Part shown: one piece after another, positions 7,957-16,888 of the stretch | Layout of the letters: each line of letters opens with the position of its first letter | How positions within the stretch are numbered: the first letter of the stretch is position 1 | Assembly (NCBI GenBank): GCA_031278535.1 | Contig: JAITKH010000367.1 | Coordinates: 1 to 24,379, forward strand | DNA length: 24,379 nucleotides | Reading direction: 5' to 3' | From: Planctomycetota bacterium | GTDB lineage: Bacteria; Planctomycetota; SZUA-567 | Made by a program: the position numbers and the translations under genes | The notes under the pieces: generated by a model | Database searches by the model: none | What the model saw: the letters and a program-made list of their open reading frames with translations, nothing else | What the model was told of the DNA's origin: nothing

Positions 7957-8544
7957 ATGCAGGATTCCGGAGCCGAGGATCTGGCCGACATCAAGACAAT
8001 ACTGGCCGGCGACGTCGAGGCATTCGAAAGGATAGTGGAACGGCATGGCGTGGCGATTCAGCGGCAGATGCGGAATTTCACCCGCGACATCCCGCAGGTT
8101 GAGGAATTGACGCAAGAGGTTTTCGTCGAAGCGTTTCTAAACCTTGGCAAATTCAGGGGCGAGGCGCCGTTTCGGAACTGGCTTGCAAAAATAGCGACTT
8201 TGCTAGGATATAAATTCTGGAGAAACCGGGAACGGTCCGGGAAGCTGGTCTCCCTTTCCGCCACGGCGGAGCCGGTGGCTGGAGACGGGAAGAAAAGCGA
8301 AAATCCGGGCGATCCGGCGGCGGCGGCGGCGCTCCTGCATGAACTTTTGGCCACCCTTCCGGACGACGACCGGATGGCGATGGTTTTGATGTATCTGGAG
8401 AAACTGGATCAGGAAGAAATCGCGGAACGGATGGGCTGGACCAGGGTGAAAGTGGCGGTCCGGCTCTACCGGGCGAAACGCCGGCTCAGGAAACTGGGCG
8501 GACGGGAACCGTGGAAAGGCAGGCTCGAATGGATGCTTTCCTGA
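7957..8544 (+). CDS. ECF-family RNA polymerase sigma factor (sigma-70, RpoE-like)
   Basis: Region 2 (AFERIVERH, EELTQEVFVEAFLNLGKFRGEAPFRNWLAKIA) and region 4 (LATLPDDDRMAMVLMYLEKLDQEEIAERMGW...VAVRLYRAKRRL); 195 aa. Confidence 0.93.
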   Translation: MQDSGAEDLADIKTILAGDVEAFERIVERHGVAIQRQMRNFTRDIPQVEELTQEVFVEAFLNLGKFRGEAPFRNWLAKIATLLGYKFWRNRERSGKLVSLSATAEPVAGDGKKSENPGDPAAAAALLHELLATLPDDDRMAMVLMYLEKLDQEEIAERMGWTRVKVAVRLYRAKRRLRKLGGREPWKGRLEWMLS

Positions 8545-8810
8545 ACAGGCTTGAGGCGTTGGCGCGGCTGGCCGCCCGGGAGCCCGATCTCCCGCCTCCG
8601 GACGCCGCCGGCCTCATGGCGCGAATCCGGGGGCTCGAACCGGAACGCGACGACGATTTTTTCCCGCTCCGCCTCTTCCTCGGCGGGACGGCGGCAGCCC
8701 TGGCGCTTGCCGCCTCCATCATCGTGTCGACGGCCTGGGCCGACGATACCGCCAGCGTCTCTTTCTCCGCGATGATCACCCTGGCCAGCGCCATGGACAT
8801 CCTGCTATGA
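8529..8810 (+). CDS. Small membrane protein, putative anti-sigma factor
   Basis: Overlaps the sigma stop; charged N-terminal region followed by a hydrophobic segment (LRLFLGGTAAALALAASIIVSTAW). Function inferred from position only. Confidence 0.58.
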   Translation: MDAFLNRLEALARLAAREPDLPPPDAAGLMARIRGLEPERDDDFFPLRLFLGGTAAALALAASIIVSTAWADDTASVSFSAMITLASAMDILL

Positions 8811-9343
8811 CGGAGGAAGACGTCGGCGCTCTCCGGATCGAGGCCCGCCAGGCGGCCCGCTCGGCCCGGATTGAAGCGGACAGGGACTTTTCGAAGCGCC
8901 GCCGCTTCAGGATGATTCTCCTGTTCCTGTCGGCCGTTCTTGCCGGCGCGGTTCTGGGCGCGGCGGGATCGGCCGTCTATTTCCGGCGTTTCCGCCGGCC
9001 GCCCACGACCGAAATGATGGTGCAGGCAATGATGGCCCGCCTGGAGTCGGCGGTCGAGGTGACACAGGCGGAACGGGTTGCGGCGGAACGGATATCCCGC
9101 CGCCGCATGGATCGGGTCGGGGACATGTGGAGCGACGTCTTCGCCGCAACGCGGGAAGAGTTCGAGGCCATGCACGCCGAAATGGGCGAACTGCTCGGCC
9201 CCGGACGCTTCCAGGTCTGGGACAGGCTGGAGCGCGAGCGCTGGCGGCGGATGCGGGAAAAAATGGGCCGCCACGAAGATCATCGCCGCCGCGGGGAAGG
9301 ACGGGGCGCGGGGCCGGCGGAACGAAAATCGGCGGGGAGATAA
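8807..9343 (+). CDS. Membrane-anchored helical protein, distantly Spy/CpxP-like, ECF-associated
   Basis: ATGA overlap with the upstream gene; one TM helix (ILLFLSAVLAGAVLGAAGSAVYF); Met-rich helical domain with VTQAE and LLGPGRFQVW segments resembling degenerate LTxxQ repeats. Confidence 0.6.
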   Translation: MTEEDVGALRIEARQAARSARIEADRDFSKRRRFRMILLFLSAVLAGAVLGAAGSAVYFRRFRRPPTTEMMVQAMMARLESAVEVTQAERVAAERISRRRMDRVGDMWSDVFAATREEFEAMHAEMGELLGPGRFQVWDRLERERWRRMREKMGRHEDHRRRGEGRGAGPAERKSAGR

Positions 9344-9348
9344 GCCGG

Positions 9349-10755
9349 ATGGGCATACTGGTCTATTCCACCGAGGCGCGGCGGAAAATGGAACTTTCGC
9401 CCCGGATGCCGGGGCGGATCTCCATGTATGTCTGCGGGCCGACCGTATACGATTCCTGCCATATCGGCCATGCCCGCCCGGCCGTGGTCTTCGACGTCAT
9501 CCGCCGGTATCTCGAATACAGCGGCCTGATCGTCACTTTTATATCGAACGTCACCGACATCGACGACAAGATCATCGCCCGGGCCGGAGAACTGGGCGTA
9601 TCCTGGTGCTTCCTGGCGCGCCGCTACCAGGACGAATACGAACGGGACATGGCGGCCCTGGGCGTACGGTCGCCCACCATCCGCCCCCGGGCCACCGAAC
9701 ATATCGACGACATGATCCGCCTGGTGTCCGGCCTGGTCGAAAAGGGAAACGCCTACGTCGGCGAGAACGGCGTCTGGTTCGACGTTTCCACTTTCCGGGA
9801 TTACGGCCGCCTTTCCGGCCGCAGCCGGGACGGGGAGAACACGGAGCACCGGGTGGAGCCCGGAGCCGGAAAACGGAATCCCCAGGATTTCGCCCTCTGG
9901 AAAGCGGCGAAGCCCGGCGAACCGAGTTGGGACTCGCCCTGGGGGCCGGGCCGGCCGGGCTGGCACATCGAATGCTCGGCCATGAGCGGAAACTATTGCG
10001 ACTTCCAGCTCGACATCCACGGTGGCGGGGCCGATCTCGCCTTCCCCCACCACGAGAACGAACTGGCCCAGTCCGAAGCCTTTACCGGCCGCCGCTTCGT
10101 CCGCCACTGGCTGCACAACGGATTCATCACCGTGGGAAACGATGGCGGGGACGGCGGCGAAAAGATGGGGAAGTCCAGGGGGAACGCCTTCCGGCTCGAG
10201 GACGCCTTCCGTCTGGCCAGCCCCGCCGCCTTGCGGTTGTGGATACTGGGAACCCATTACCGAATGCCGCTCTTCTACCGGCCCGGGTTTCCGCCCCAGG
10301 CGGAAAACGCGCTGAACCGTATTTATGCCTGCCTTGAGGAGTCGGCCCGCGCCATCGGAAACGGTCCGGGTCCGGAAGACGGCGGCGATTCCGGGATCGA
10401 GCGGCGTTTTCGGGAAGCGATGGACGACGACTTCAACACCCCGCAGGCGCTGGCTGTCGTCCACGAGGCTGTCGGCCGGCTCAACGCCGCCGTCCGCGAG
10501 CGCGCCCCGGCCGGGCGGATCAGGCGGGACCGGAACGGGCTGATGGGCCTGCTCGGAGTGCTGGGGCTTCCCCTGGAGCGGCAGGCGACGGGCGGAAGAG
10601 ACCGTTCCGCCTTCATCGATCTGCTGGTCGCGCTCCGTTCCGAGGCGCGGACGGCGAAAAATTTTCCCCTTTCCGATCGCATCCGCGACGGCCTCGGGAA
10701 ACTTGGCGTGGAACTTAACGACCGCGGGAACGAATCCACCTGGATCGAAAAGTGA
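9349..10755 (+). CDS. cysS: Cysteine--tRNA ligase
   Basis: YVCGPTVY, HIGH, NVTDIDDKII, DFALWK, PGWHIECSAM, DIHGGG.DL.FPHHENE, KMGKS (KMSKS variant), AMDDDFNTP. Start at ATG 9349 after GGGGAG. Confidence 0.97.
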   Translation: MGILVYSTEARRKMELSPRMPGRISMYVCGPTVYDSCHIGHARPAVVFDVIRRYLEYSGLIVTFISNVTDIDDKIIARAGELGVSWCFLARRYQDEYERDMAALGVRSPTIRPRATEHIDDMIRLVSGLVEKGNAYVGENGVWFDVSTFRDYGRLSGRSRDGENTEHRVEPGAGKRNPQDFALWKAAKPGEPSWDSPWGPGRPGWHIECSAMSGNYCDFQLDIHGGGADLAFPHHENELAQSEAFTGRRFVRHWLHNGFITVGNDGGDGGEKMGKSRGNAFRLEDAFRLASPAALRLWILGTHYRMPLFYRPGFPPQAENALNRIYACLEESARAIGNGPGPEDGGDSGIERRFREAMDDDFNTPQALAVVHEAVGRLNAAVRERAPAGRIRRDRNGLMGLLGVLGLPLERQATGGRDRSAFIDLLVALRSEARTAKNFPLSDRIRDGLGKLGVELNDRGNESTWIEK

Positions 10756-10775
10756 CGTGAAAGGCTGTCCGCCGC

Positions 10776-11786
10776 ATGGCTGCCATCATTATCGAAAGCG
10801 GGAAGGCGACGAAAAAAATCCTGGCCGAAACGGCGGAAGGCGTCCAAATCCTGGAAAAGGCGGGCAGGCGGGCCGTCCTCGCCGCCGTCCAGGCCAATCG
10901 CGATCCCGGCTCGGACTGGTACGCCCGGGCCCAGGCGAAGCATGCCCGGGAAAACGGAATCGAACACCGGCTAATCCGGCTGGACCCTGGCATAGGCGGG
11001 CCGGAACTGGCCAACGGTGTCAGGGCGGTCTCGGCCAATCCGGAAGTCTCGGGGGTTATCGTCCTCACGCCGTTTCCGGCCGGCGCCGACCGCCTGGCCA
11101 TCGCCGAGGCCATCCTGCCGGACAAGGACGCCGAAGGGGCGCATCCGCTCAATCTCGGACGGCTGATGGCGGCCCCCGGCCCGTTTCCAGTCCCCTGCAC
11201 CGCCAAGGCGGCCATGGCCCTGATAACGCTCGCTCTCGGAAACCTGTCCGGCCGGCACGCCGTGGTGATCGGCAGAAGCGCAACTGTCGGAAAGCCGCTG
11301 GCCATGCTCCTTCTGGCCGAGAACGCCACCGTCACCATCGCCCACACCCGTTCCGATCTCCGCGCAGTCATGCGCAAGGCCGACATCGTGGTGGCGGCGG
11401 CAGGCGCGGCAGGCGCCCGCTGGCGCGTCTACGAGGCCGCCTGGCGGCGTTGGCGGGAGAACGGGGGCGAGCGGCCGGCGATTCCGGACCTGGGACCGCT
11501 GATCCGGGCCGACATGGTGCGCCGGGGCGCGACGGTCGTCGACGTGGGCGACAACCAGGTGCCGGCCGGTTTCGACAAGGACGGGGCGCCGCTTCCCGAT
11601 TCCGGCGGCAATCCGGACATGCGGTACGCCGGCGACGTCGATTTCGCCCGGGTCGCCGAAATCGCCAGCTGCATCACGCCGCCGCGCGGCAGCGTCGGGC
11701 CGCTCACCAACGCCTTCCTGCTCCTGAACACCGTTCGCTCGGCCCTCGCCCAATACGGCCTCGCTCCGGCGGGGAGCATGGCGTGA
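10776..11786 (+). CDS. folD: FolD-family methylenetetrahydrofolate dehydrogenase; cyclohydrolase residues substituted, likely monofunctional
   Basis: KDAEG.HP.N.GRL, PCT, VIGRSATVGKP, ATVTIAH, DVG...GDVDF, ITP.RGSVGPLT. See findings for the substitutions and insertions. Confidence 0.92.
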   Translation: MAAIIIESGKATKKILAETAEGVQILEKAGRRAVLAAVQANRDPGSDWYARAQAKHARENGIEHRLIRLDPGIGGPELANGVRAVSANPEVSGVIVLTPFPAGADRLAIAEAILPDKDAEGAHPLNLGRLMAAPGPFPVPCTAKAAMALITLALGNLSGRHAVVIGRSATVGKPLAMLLLAENATVTIAHTRSDLRAVMRKADIVVAAAGAAGARWRVYEAAWRRWRENGGERPAIPDLGPLIRADMVRRGATVVDVGDNQVPAGFDKDGAPLPDSGGNPDMRYAGDVDFARVAEIASCITPPRGSVGPLTNAFLLLNTVRSALAQYGLAPAGSMA

Positions 11787-12199
11787 TCCTGCTGGGAATC
11801 GATCTGGGCGAGCGGCGCGTCGGCTTTGCCATTTCAGACGAACGGGAACGCCTCGCCGTTCCCTCCGGGTTCGTCGAGGCGAGCGGGCTTGAGGCGATTC
11901 TGGCCGCCGTTCTCGCCAAGGCCGACGCCGAACGGGCCGGGTTGCTGGTGATCGGGCATCCCCTGAATTTGAGCGGCCGTCCGGGAAGAAAGGCCAGGGA
12001 AGCCGCGGCGTTCCGGGATCGGCTCGCCGCCGCCGGCCGCCCGGCTGTCTTGTGGGACGAACGGCTGACCACGGCCGAGGCGGCGCGGCTGCTGGGAGAG
12101 GCCGGCCTCGACCGCCGGCGCCGGCGTCCGCTCGTCGACTCCCATGCCGCCCAGTGCCTGCTGGCCTCGTTCCTGGAAGCCCGCCGCAAAGGCGGATAG
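11783..12199 (+). CDS. ruvX: Holliday junction resolvase-like / pre-16S rRNA nuclease RuvX (YqgF)
   Basis: GTG start overlapping the folD TGA; ILLGIDLGERRVGFAISD, VIGHP, WDERLTT, VDSHAA; 138 aa. Confidence 0.93.
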   Translation: MILLGIDLGERRVGFAISDERERLAVPSGFVEASGLEAILAAVLAKADAERAGLLVIGHPLNLSGRPGRKAREAAAFRDRLAAAGRPAVLWDERLTTAEAARLLGEAGLDRRRRRPLVDSHAAQCLLASFLEARRKGG

Positions 12200-12265
12200 G
12201 GAAGCCGGAGCATTCCAGTGTTCCGAAAAATCTCAATCTTTGATTGAGGGTTTGCGGGGAGGGTC

Positions 12266-12307
12266 TCCGGTTTCCGCCTCCGGGGAAGTGAATTTCCCCA
12301 GAGACGC
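12266..12307 (+). repeat. 42-bp palindromic REP-like element, copy 1 (degenerate stem)
   Basis: TCCGGTTTCCGCCTCCGGGGAAGTGAATTTCCCCAGAGACGC matches the reverse complement of 16889-16930 at 37/42 positions by manual alignment. Confidence 0.75.
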
Positions 12308-12395
12308 TGGAAGGCGATTTCAAGGCAAACGGATTTCGCCATCCACATGTCTCGCCTTTTCAGGCCGCCGGCGCCTGCCCAGAACAATGCCTGTC

Positions 12396-12424
12396 TTGAC
12401 AAGGCGGACAATTTCTTTTATTGT
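12396..12424 (+). promoter_or_regulatory. Sigma70-type promoter of the nagA/TRAP operon
   Basis: TTGACA (12396-12401), 17-nt spacer, TATTGT (12419-12424). Confidence 0.68.
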
Positions 12425-12590
12425 TGTGGTTCCGTTCCTCCCCAAACGGCCGGATTGCCGGTCGGGACGGGATTTTGACCCGAGAGAAAAACCGGGATCG
12501 GGGATGACGCCCATTTCCGGGAAACGCCATTCGAACGTCCGAAACATCTGCCGGCCGTCTTGATCCGGCCGGCCCGGCAAGGGTGCGCGA

Positions 12591-13775
12591 ATGTCCGGCA
12601 TATGGTTGAAAAACGCCCGCCTCATAGGCCCGTCCAGCATTGTCCGGGGCGAGGTGCTGGTGCGGGACGGCGTCATCGCCGCCATCGCCTGGGACGGCAA
12701 GGGCGACTGGCCGGCGGACCAGGTGGTGGACGTGGCGGAACGCTACCTCTCGCCGGGGTTCATCGATATCCATACCCACGGGGCGGGAGGCTTCGATTTC
12801 ATGGACGGCTCCCTGGAAGCCGTCTACGGCGCCTGTCTGGCGCATCTCGGGCACGGCACCACCTGCCTCCTTCCCACCACTTCGGCCAGCACCCGCGAGT
12901 CGCTCCTGGAAGTGGCCGAACTTTTCAACCATGTCGAACCCAGGCGATCAGGCCATCCGGAGATATTCGGCCTCCATATGGAAGGACCCTACTTCGCCAT
13001 GGAACAACGGGGCGCCCAGGATGCAAAACACCTGCGGAATCCCGATCCGGAAGAGTACACCCAGGCGCTGCGGACAGGAAAGCGCATCGTCCGCTGGTCG
13101 TTCGCCGTCGAGCTGGAAGGGGGGGAGGAGTTCCTCCGGACGCTTCGCGAAAAGGGCGTCATCCCCTCCCTGGCCCATTCCGGCGCCACCTGCCAACAGG
13201 TCCGCCAGGCATACGCCAACGGCGTGCATTCCCTGACGCATTTCTATTCCGGCATGTCGGGCCTGCGCCGGGTCAATTCCTACCGGATCGCCGGGGCAAT
13301 CGAGGCCGGGTATCTCCTGGACGGCATGTACGTGGAGGTGATTGCCGACGGAAAGCACCTGCCGGCCGACCTGCTCGAACTTGTCTACAAGGTGAAGGGG
13401 TCGGACCGCATTTGCCTGGTCACCGATTCCATGCGGGCCGCCGGCATGCCGCCCGGCCGCTATAAGCTGGGGAACATCAGGACGGGAATGGATACCGTGG
13501 TCGAGGATGCGGTGGCCAAGCTGCCGGACCGCCTTTCCTTCGCCGGCAGCGTGGCCACGGCCGACCGCCTGGTGAGGACCATGCGCGACCTTGCCGGCGT
13601 TCCGCTCCCGGCGGCGGTGGCGATGATGAGCCTGAATCCGGCCAGGCTCATCGGGCTGGACGGCCGCAAGGGGTCCATAGCCGTCGGGAAGGACGCGGAT
13701 CTCGTGGTCTTCGACGAAGGGGTAAACATCCATCTGGTGATGGCGAGGGGGGAAATCATTCCCCTCGCGATCTGA
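12591..13775 (+). CDS. nagA: N-acetylglucosamine-6-phosphate deacetylase
   Basis: PGFIDIHTHG, HMEGPY, LAHS, THFYSGM, ADGKH, LVTDSM, AGS and GSIAVGKDAD amidohydrolase/NagA motifs. Confidence 0.92.
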   Translation: MSGIWLKNARLIGPSSIVRGEVLVRDGVIAAIAWDGKGDWPADQVVDVAERYLSPGFIDIHTHGAGGFDFMDGSLEAVYGACLAHLGHGTTCLLPTTSASTRESLLEVAELFNHVEPRRSGHPEIFGLHMEGPYFAMEQRGAQDAKHLRNPDPEEYTQALRTGKRIVRWSFAVELEGGEEFLRTLREKGVIPSLAHSGATCQQVRQAYANGVHSLTHFYSGMSGLRRVNSYRIAGAIEAGYLLDGMYVEVIADGKHLPADLLELVYKVKGSDRICLVTDSMRAAGMPPGRYKLGNIRTGMDTVVEDAVAKLPDRLSFAGSVATADRLVRTMRDLAGVPLPAAVAMMSLNPARLIGLDGRKGSIAVGKDADLVVFDEGVNIHLVMARGEIIPLAI

Positions 13776-13883
13776 AACGGATTTTTACGGAAAAGCAAGT
13801 TTCCTGAACAGTCATTGATCCTTCGCCTTCTTGAAAAGCCGCCTTCCGGAACCGCCTGGCCGCGACGGGAAAAAGGAGAAGCC

Positions 13884-14678
13884 GTGGAAGTCCTGTATCA
13901 TGAAAAGCGGGAGGACGGCGGCGCCGAAGCCGCCAGGCGCGGGGCCGGGTTCCTCCGCCAGGCGCTCGAGGATCGGGGCGAGGCGAACATTATCCTCGCC
14001 ACCGGCCTTTCCCAGTTCGACATGCTGCCGATCCTGGCGGCCGAGGATGTCGCCTGGGAAAGGGTGAACGCCTTTCACCTGGACGAGTACGCCGGCCTTT
14101 CCCTGCATCATCCCGCCAGCTTTCGGGCCGTTCTCTGGCGGGAATTCGCGCGCAAGCTTCCGGTGCCCCTCAAATCCTTCCATTGGATAAACGGGGAAGG
14201 AGACCCGGAGGCGGAGCGCCGCCGGCTGGGAGAGATCGTTTCTCGCCATCCGATTGACGTCGCCTTTGTCGGCATCGGCGAAAACGGGCACTTGGCCTTT
14301 AACGATCCGCCCGCCGATTTTTCCACCGAATCGCCCTACCTGGTGGTGAAACTTGACGACCGCTGCCGCCGCCAGCAGTTGGGCGAAGGCTGGTTCAAGA
14401 GCCTGGAGGAGGTGCCGGAACGGGCCATCTCCATGTCCATCCGCCAGATTATGAAAAGCGCGCGCATCGTCGTCACCTGCCCGGACGAGCGCAAGGCCGG
14501 GGCGGTGCGGGATTGCCTCGAAAGCGAGGTGGGCAATCTCCGCCCGGCCTCGATTCTCCGCTGCCATCCGGCGGTCTGGCTGTACCTGGACGCCGGTTCC
14601 GCCGCCAGGCTGCCTTGGAAAGGCTCCCGGAACCTGCCGGAACTCCCGCCTCCCTGGGGCGGAACCGGTTCTCCTTGA
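13884..14678 (+). CDS. nagB: Glucosamine-6-phosphate deaminase-like sugar-phosphate isomerase (NagB family)
   Basis: ATGLSQ, FHLDEY (catalytic Asp), GIGENGHLAFNDP (catalytic His), AISMSI, PASIL..H. GTG start after AAGGAG. Exact substrate not established. Confidence 0.8.
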   Translation: MEVLYHEKREDGGAEAARRGAGFLRQALEDRGEANIILATGLSQFDMLPILAAEDVAWERVNAFHLDEYAGLSLHHPASFRAVLWREFARKLPVPLKSFHWINGEGDPEAERRRLGEIVSRHPIDVAFVGIGENGHLAFNDPPADFSTESPYLVVKLDDRCRRQQLGEGWFKSLEEVPERAISMSIRQIMKSARIVVTCPDERKAGAVRDCLESEVGNLRPASILRCHPAVWLYLDAGSAARLPWKGSRNLPELPPPWGGTGSP

Positions 14679-14812
14679 CGGCGTACGCCGGACGGCCGGC
14701 AGCCGCGAAGCGGATCGCGAGAAATGCCTTGGACAAGGTTGTCGAAAGGCGGTGCGCGTTCTTCTCCGCGTCGGAGGGGAAACGTGCCCGTTATTTTAGG
14801 AGGAGGACAGCC

Positions 14813-15796
14813 ATGAGAAAAGCAACAGTTCTGGCAATGTGCGCGGTTCTGGCGATCCTGTCGGCGGGGATCCCGGCCGGAGCCGGCGAGACGATCGAAC
14901 TCAAATGGTACCAGCCCGAGCCGGCCGGCCATCCCTGGACCGACGTCGGGCAGTTGATCTGCGACGAAATCGACAGGGTCAGCAACGGCCGCCTGAAGTT
15001 GATCCAGTATCCGGCCGGCCAGCTCGGCAGCCAACTGGAGGCGCTGGAAATGCTTCGGGTCGGCAGCCTCGCTTTCCTGACTTCCGGGCCGGCGGTGCTC
15101 AATTCCTTCGACGAACGGGTACAGGTGTTCGGCATTCCCTACCTGGTGAAGAGCCGGGAGCATGCCTATCGGATCATCGATTCCAAAACCGGGCAGGATC
15201 TTTTCAACACCCATGTCCTCCAGCGGAGCGGCGTTCGCACCATCCAGTTCTGGTTTTTCGGCACCCGCACCCTTTCCATAAACCGGGAGGTGAATACCCC
15301 GGCCGACCTTGCCAACGCCAAGGTCCGCTGCATGGACATGCCCATCTATAAGGACTCCGTCGCCAGCCTGGGCGCCAATCCCACCCCCATCACCTTTTCC
15401 GAATTGTACCTGGCCCTGCAGACCGGGGTGGTGGACGGGCAGGAAAACCCCATCTCCACCATCTACGCCCAGAAATACTTCGAAGTGCAGAAATACATTG
15501 TCCTCACCAATCACATCCACCACATGGGCACCGTCCACGTTTCGGAAATGATCTGGCGGCGCCTGGCCGAGGCCGACCGCAAGCTGATTATGGACGTTTT
15601 CGACAAATTCCGGCCTGTCATCGACGAGCGCATCGAAAAAGACACGATGGAAAAGCTGGAGCTGATGAAAAAGGGCGGCACCCGGATCATCACCCCGGAT
15701 GTCGAAGCCTTCCGCAAGCATTCCCTGGACTACATGATGGGCATCTACGGAGAAAAGTGGGGCGACCTGATCAAGGCAATCCAGGCCCTGGAATAG
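14813..15796 (+). CDS. TRAP transporter substrate-binding protein DctP (1)
   Basis: Signal peptide; YPAGQLG, KVRCM (carboxylate-binding Arg), ELYLALQTGVVDGQENP. RBS AGGAGG; ATG 14813. Confidence 0.93.
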   Translation: MRKATVLAMCAVLAILSAGIPAGAGETIELKWYQPEPAGHPWTDVGQLICDEIDRVSNGRLKLIQYPAGQLGSQLEALEMLRVGSLAFLTSGPAVLNSFDERVQVFGIPYLVKSREHAYRIIDSKTGQDLFNTHVLQRSGVRTIQFWFFGTRTLSINREVNTPADLANAKVRCMDMPIYKDSVASLGANPTPITFSELYLALQTGVVDGQENPISTIYAQKYFEVQKYIVLTNHIHHMGTVHVSEMIWRRLAEADRKLIMDVFDKFRPVIDERIEKDTMEKLELMKKGGTRIITPDVEAFRKHSLDYMMGIYGEKWGDLIKAIQALE

Positions 15797-15839
15797 CCCG
15801 GAACCTTGCGGATCCTCATAGAGAAGAAAGGAGAAAGGC

Positions 15840-16799
15840 ATGAAGAGGACATTGTTGGCCGTCATGATGGCGGCCGTGACGGTCATGGGCGCCGACGGCG
15901 CCGAGATCGTTCTCCGGCTGGCCGAAAACCAGCCGGAAAACAATCCTGTCACCCACGCCGACATCCGTCTCGCCGACCTGGTGAAGGAGGCGACGGGCGG
16001 CAGGCTGGTAATCGATGTCTACCCCGGCGCCATTCTGGGGCAGGAGACCGAAACCATCCAGCAGACCCGGGCCGGAGTGATTGAGCTGTCCCGCGTCAAC
16101 ACCGTGCCTCTGGCGGAATTCGTGAAAGAGCTGGGCGTTGTCACCCTGCCCTATGTGTTCGCTTCCCCGGAGCACCAGAAACGGGTGGTGGCGGGACCGA
16201 TCGGAGACGGGATTGCGGCTTCCTTCGAGAAGGCGGGACTCAAGCTCATCTGCTGGTTCCACGCCGGATCCCGCCATTTCTACACCGCCAGGAAACCCGT
16301 CAGGGGAGTGGCGGACGTGAAGGGGATGAAGCTCCGCGTCCAGCCCGCCCGGATTTCCATCAAGATGGTGGAGCTCATGGGAGGCTCGCCCACGCCCATG
16401 AACTATTCCGAGGTCTACAGCGCTCTCCAGACCGGCGTCATCGACGGGGCCGAGAACGACTATGTGAGTTACTACACCTCCAGCCATTACGAGGTCGCCA
16501 AGAACATAACCGAGGACGGCCACCTGTCCCCGCCCGCGGTCATAATCATGAACAAGGACAAGTTCGACTCCCTGTCCCCGGAGTACCAGAAAATTCTCCT
16601 GGACGCCGGACGCCAGGCCATGGACTTCGAGTTCAAGGCCATGATGGACTTCGAGGACGAATCCAAGGATCTGGTGGTCAAGGCCGGCACCCGGGTGTTC
16701 ACCGTGGACGTGACCGAATTCCAGAAGGCGGTGGCCCCGATCTATGCCGAATATCCCGAATTCGACGCCGTATTGAAGAGCATTCGGGCGTTGCAGTAA
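15840..16799 (+). CDS. TRAP transporter substrate-binding protein DctP (2)
   Basis: Signal peptide; LRLAENQP, YPGAILG, KLRVQ (conserved Arg), EVYSALQTGVIDGAEN. RBS AAGGAG. Confidence 0.94.
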   Translation: MKRTLLAVMMAAVTVMGADGAEIVLRLAENQPENNPVTHADIRLADLVKEATGGRLVIDVYPGAILGQETETIQQTRAGVIELSRVNTVPLAEFVKELGVVTLPYVFASPEHQKRVVAGPIGDGIAASFEKAGLKLICWFHAGSRHFYTARKPVRGVADVKGMKLRVQPARISIKMVELMGGSPTPMNYSEVYSALQTGVIDGAENDYVSYYTSSHYEVAKNITEDGHLSPPAVIIMNKDKFDSLSPEYQKILLDAGRQAMDFEFKAMMDFEDESKDLVVKAGTRVFTVDVTEFQKAVAPIYAEYPEFDAVLKSIRALQ

Positions 16800-16888
16800 T
16801 TTTGATGGCGCAACGAAGCGCTATATCGCCCTGAAAGGGCCGGCGGATACGGATACCGAAGGCCCGTCCGCTCCGGAACCGGCCTCCG

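Noticed and set aside
12200-12380. Structured ncRNA (for example 6S RNA) after ruvX, including CTCAATC-TTT-GATTGAG (12232-12248) and an irregular hairpin at 12301-12353
   Set aside because: The ends do not pair into a 6S-like rod and no family motif is recognisable. The local hairpins may act in termination, but an Infernal/Rfam search would be needed.
12430-12590. Riboswitch or glmS-type ribozyme in the ~160-nt nagA leader
   Set aside because: Several GC-rich hairpins are present but none of the conserved aptamer or ribozyme motifs; this is expected by chance at this GC content.
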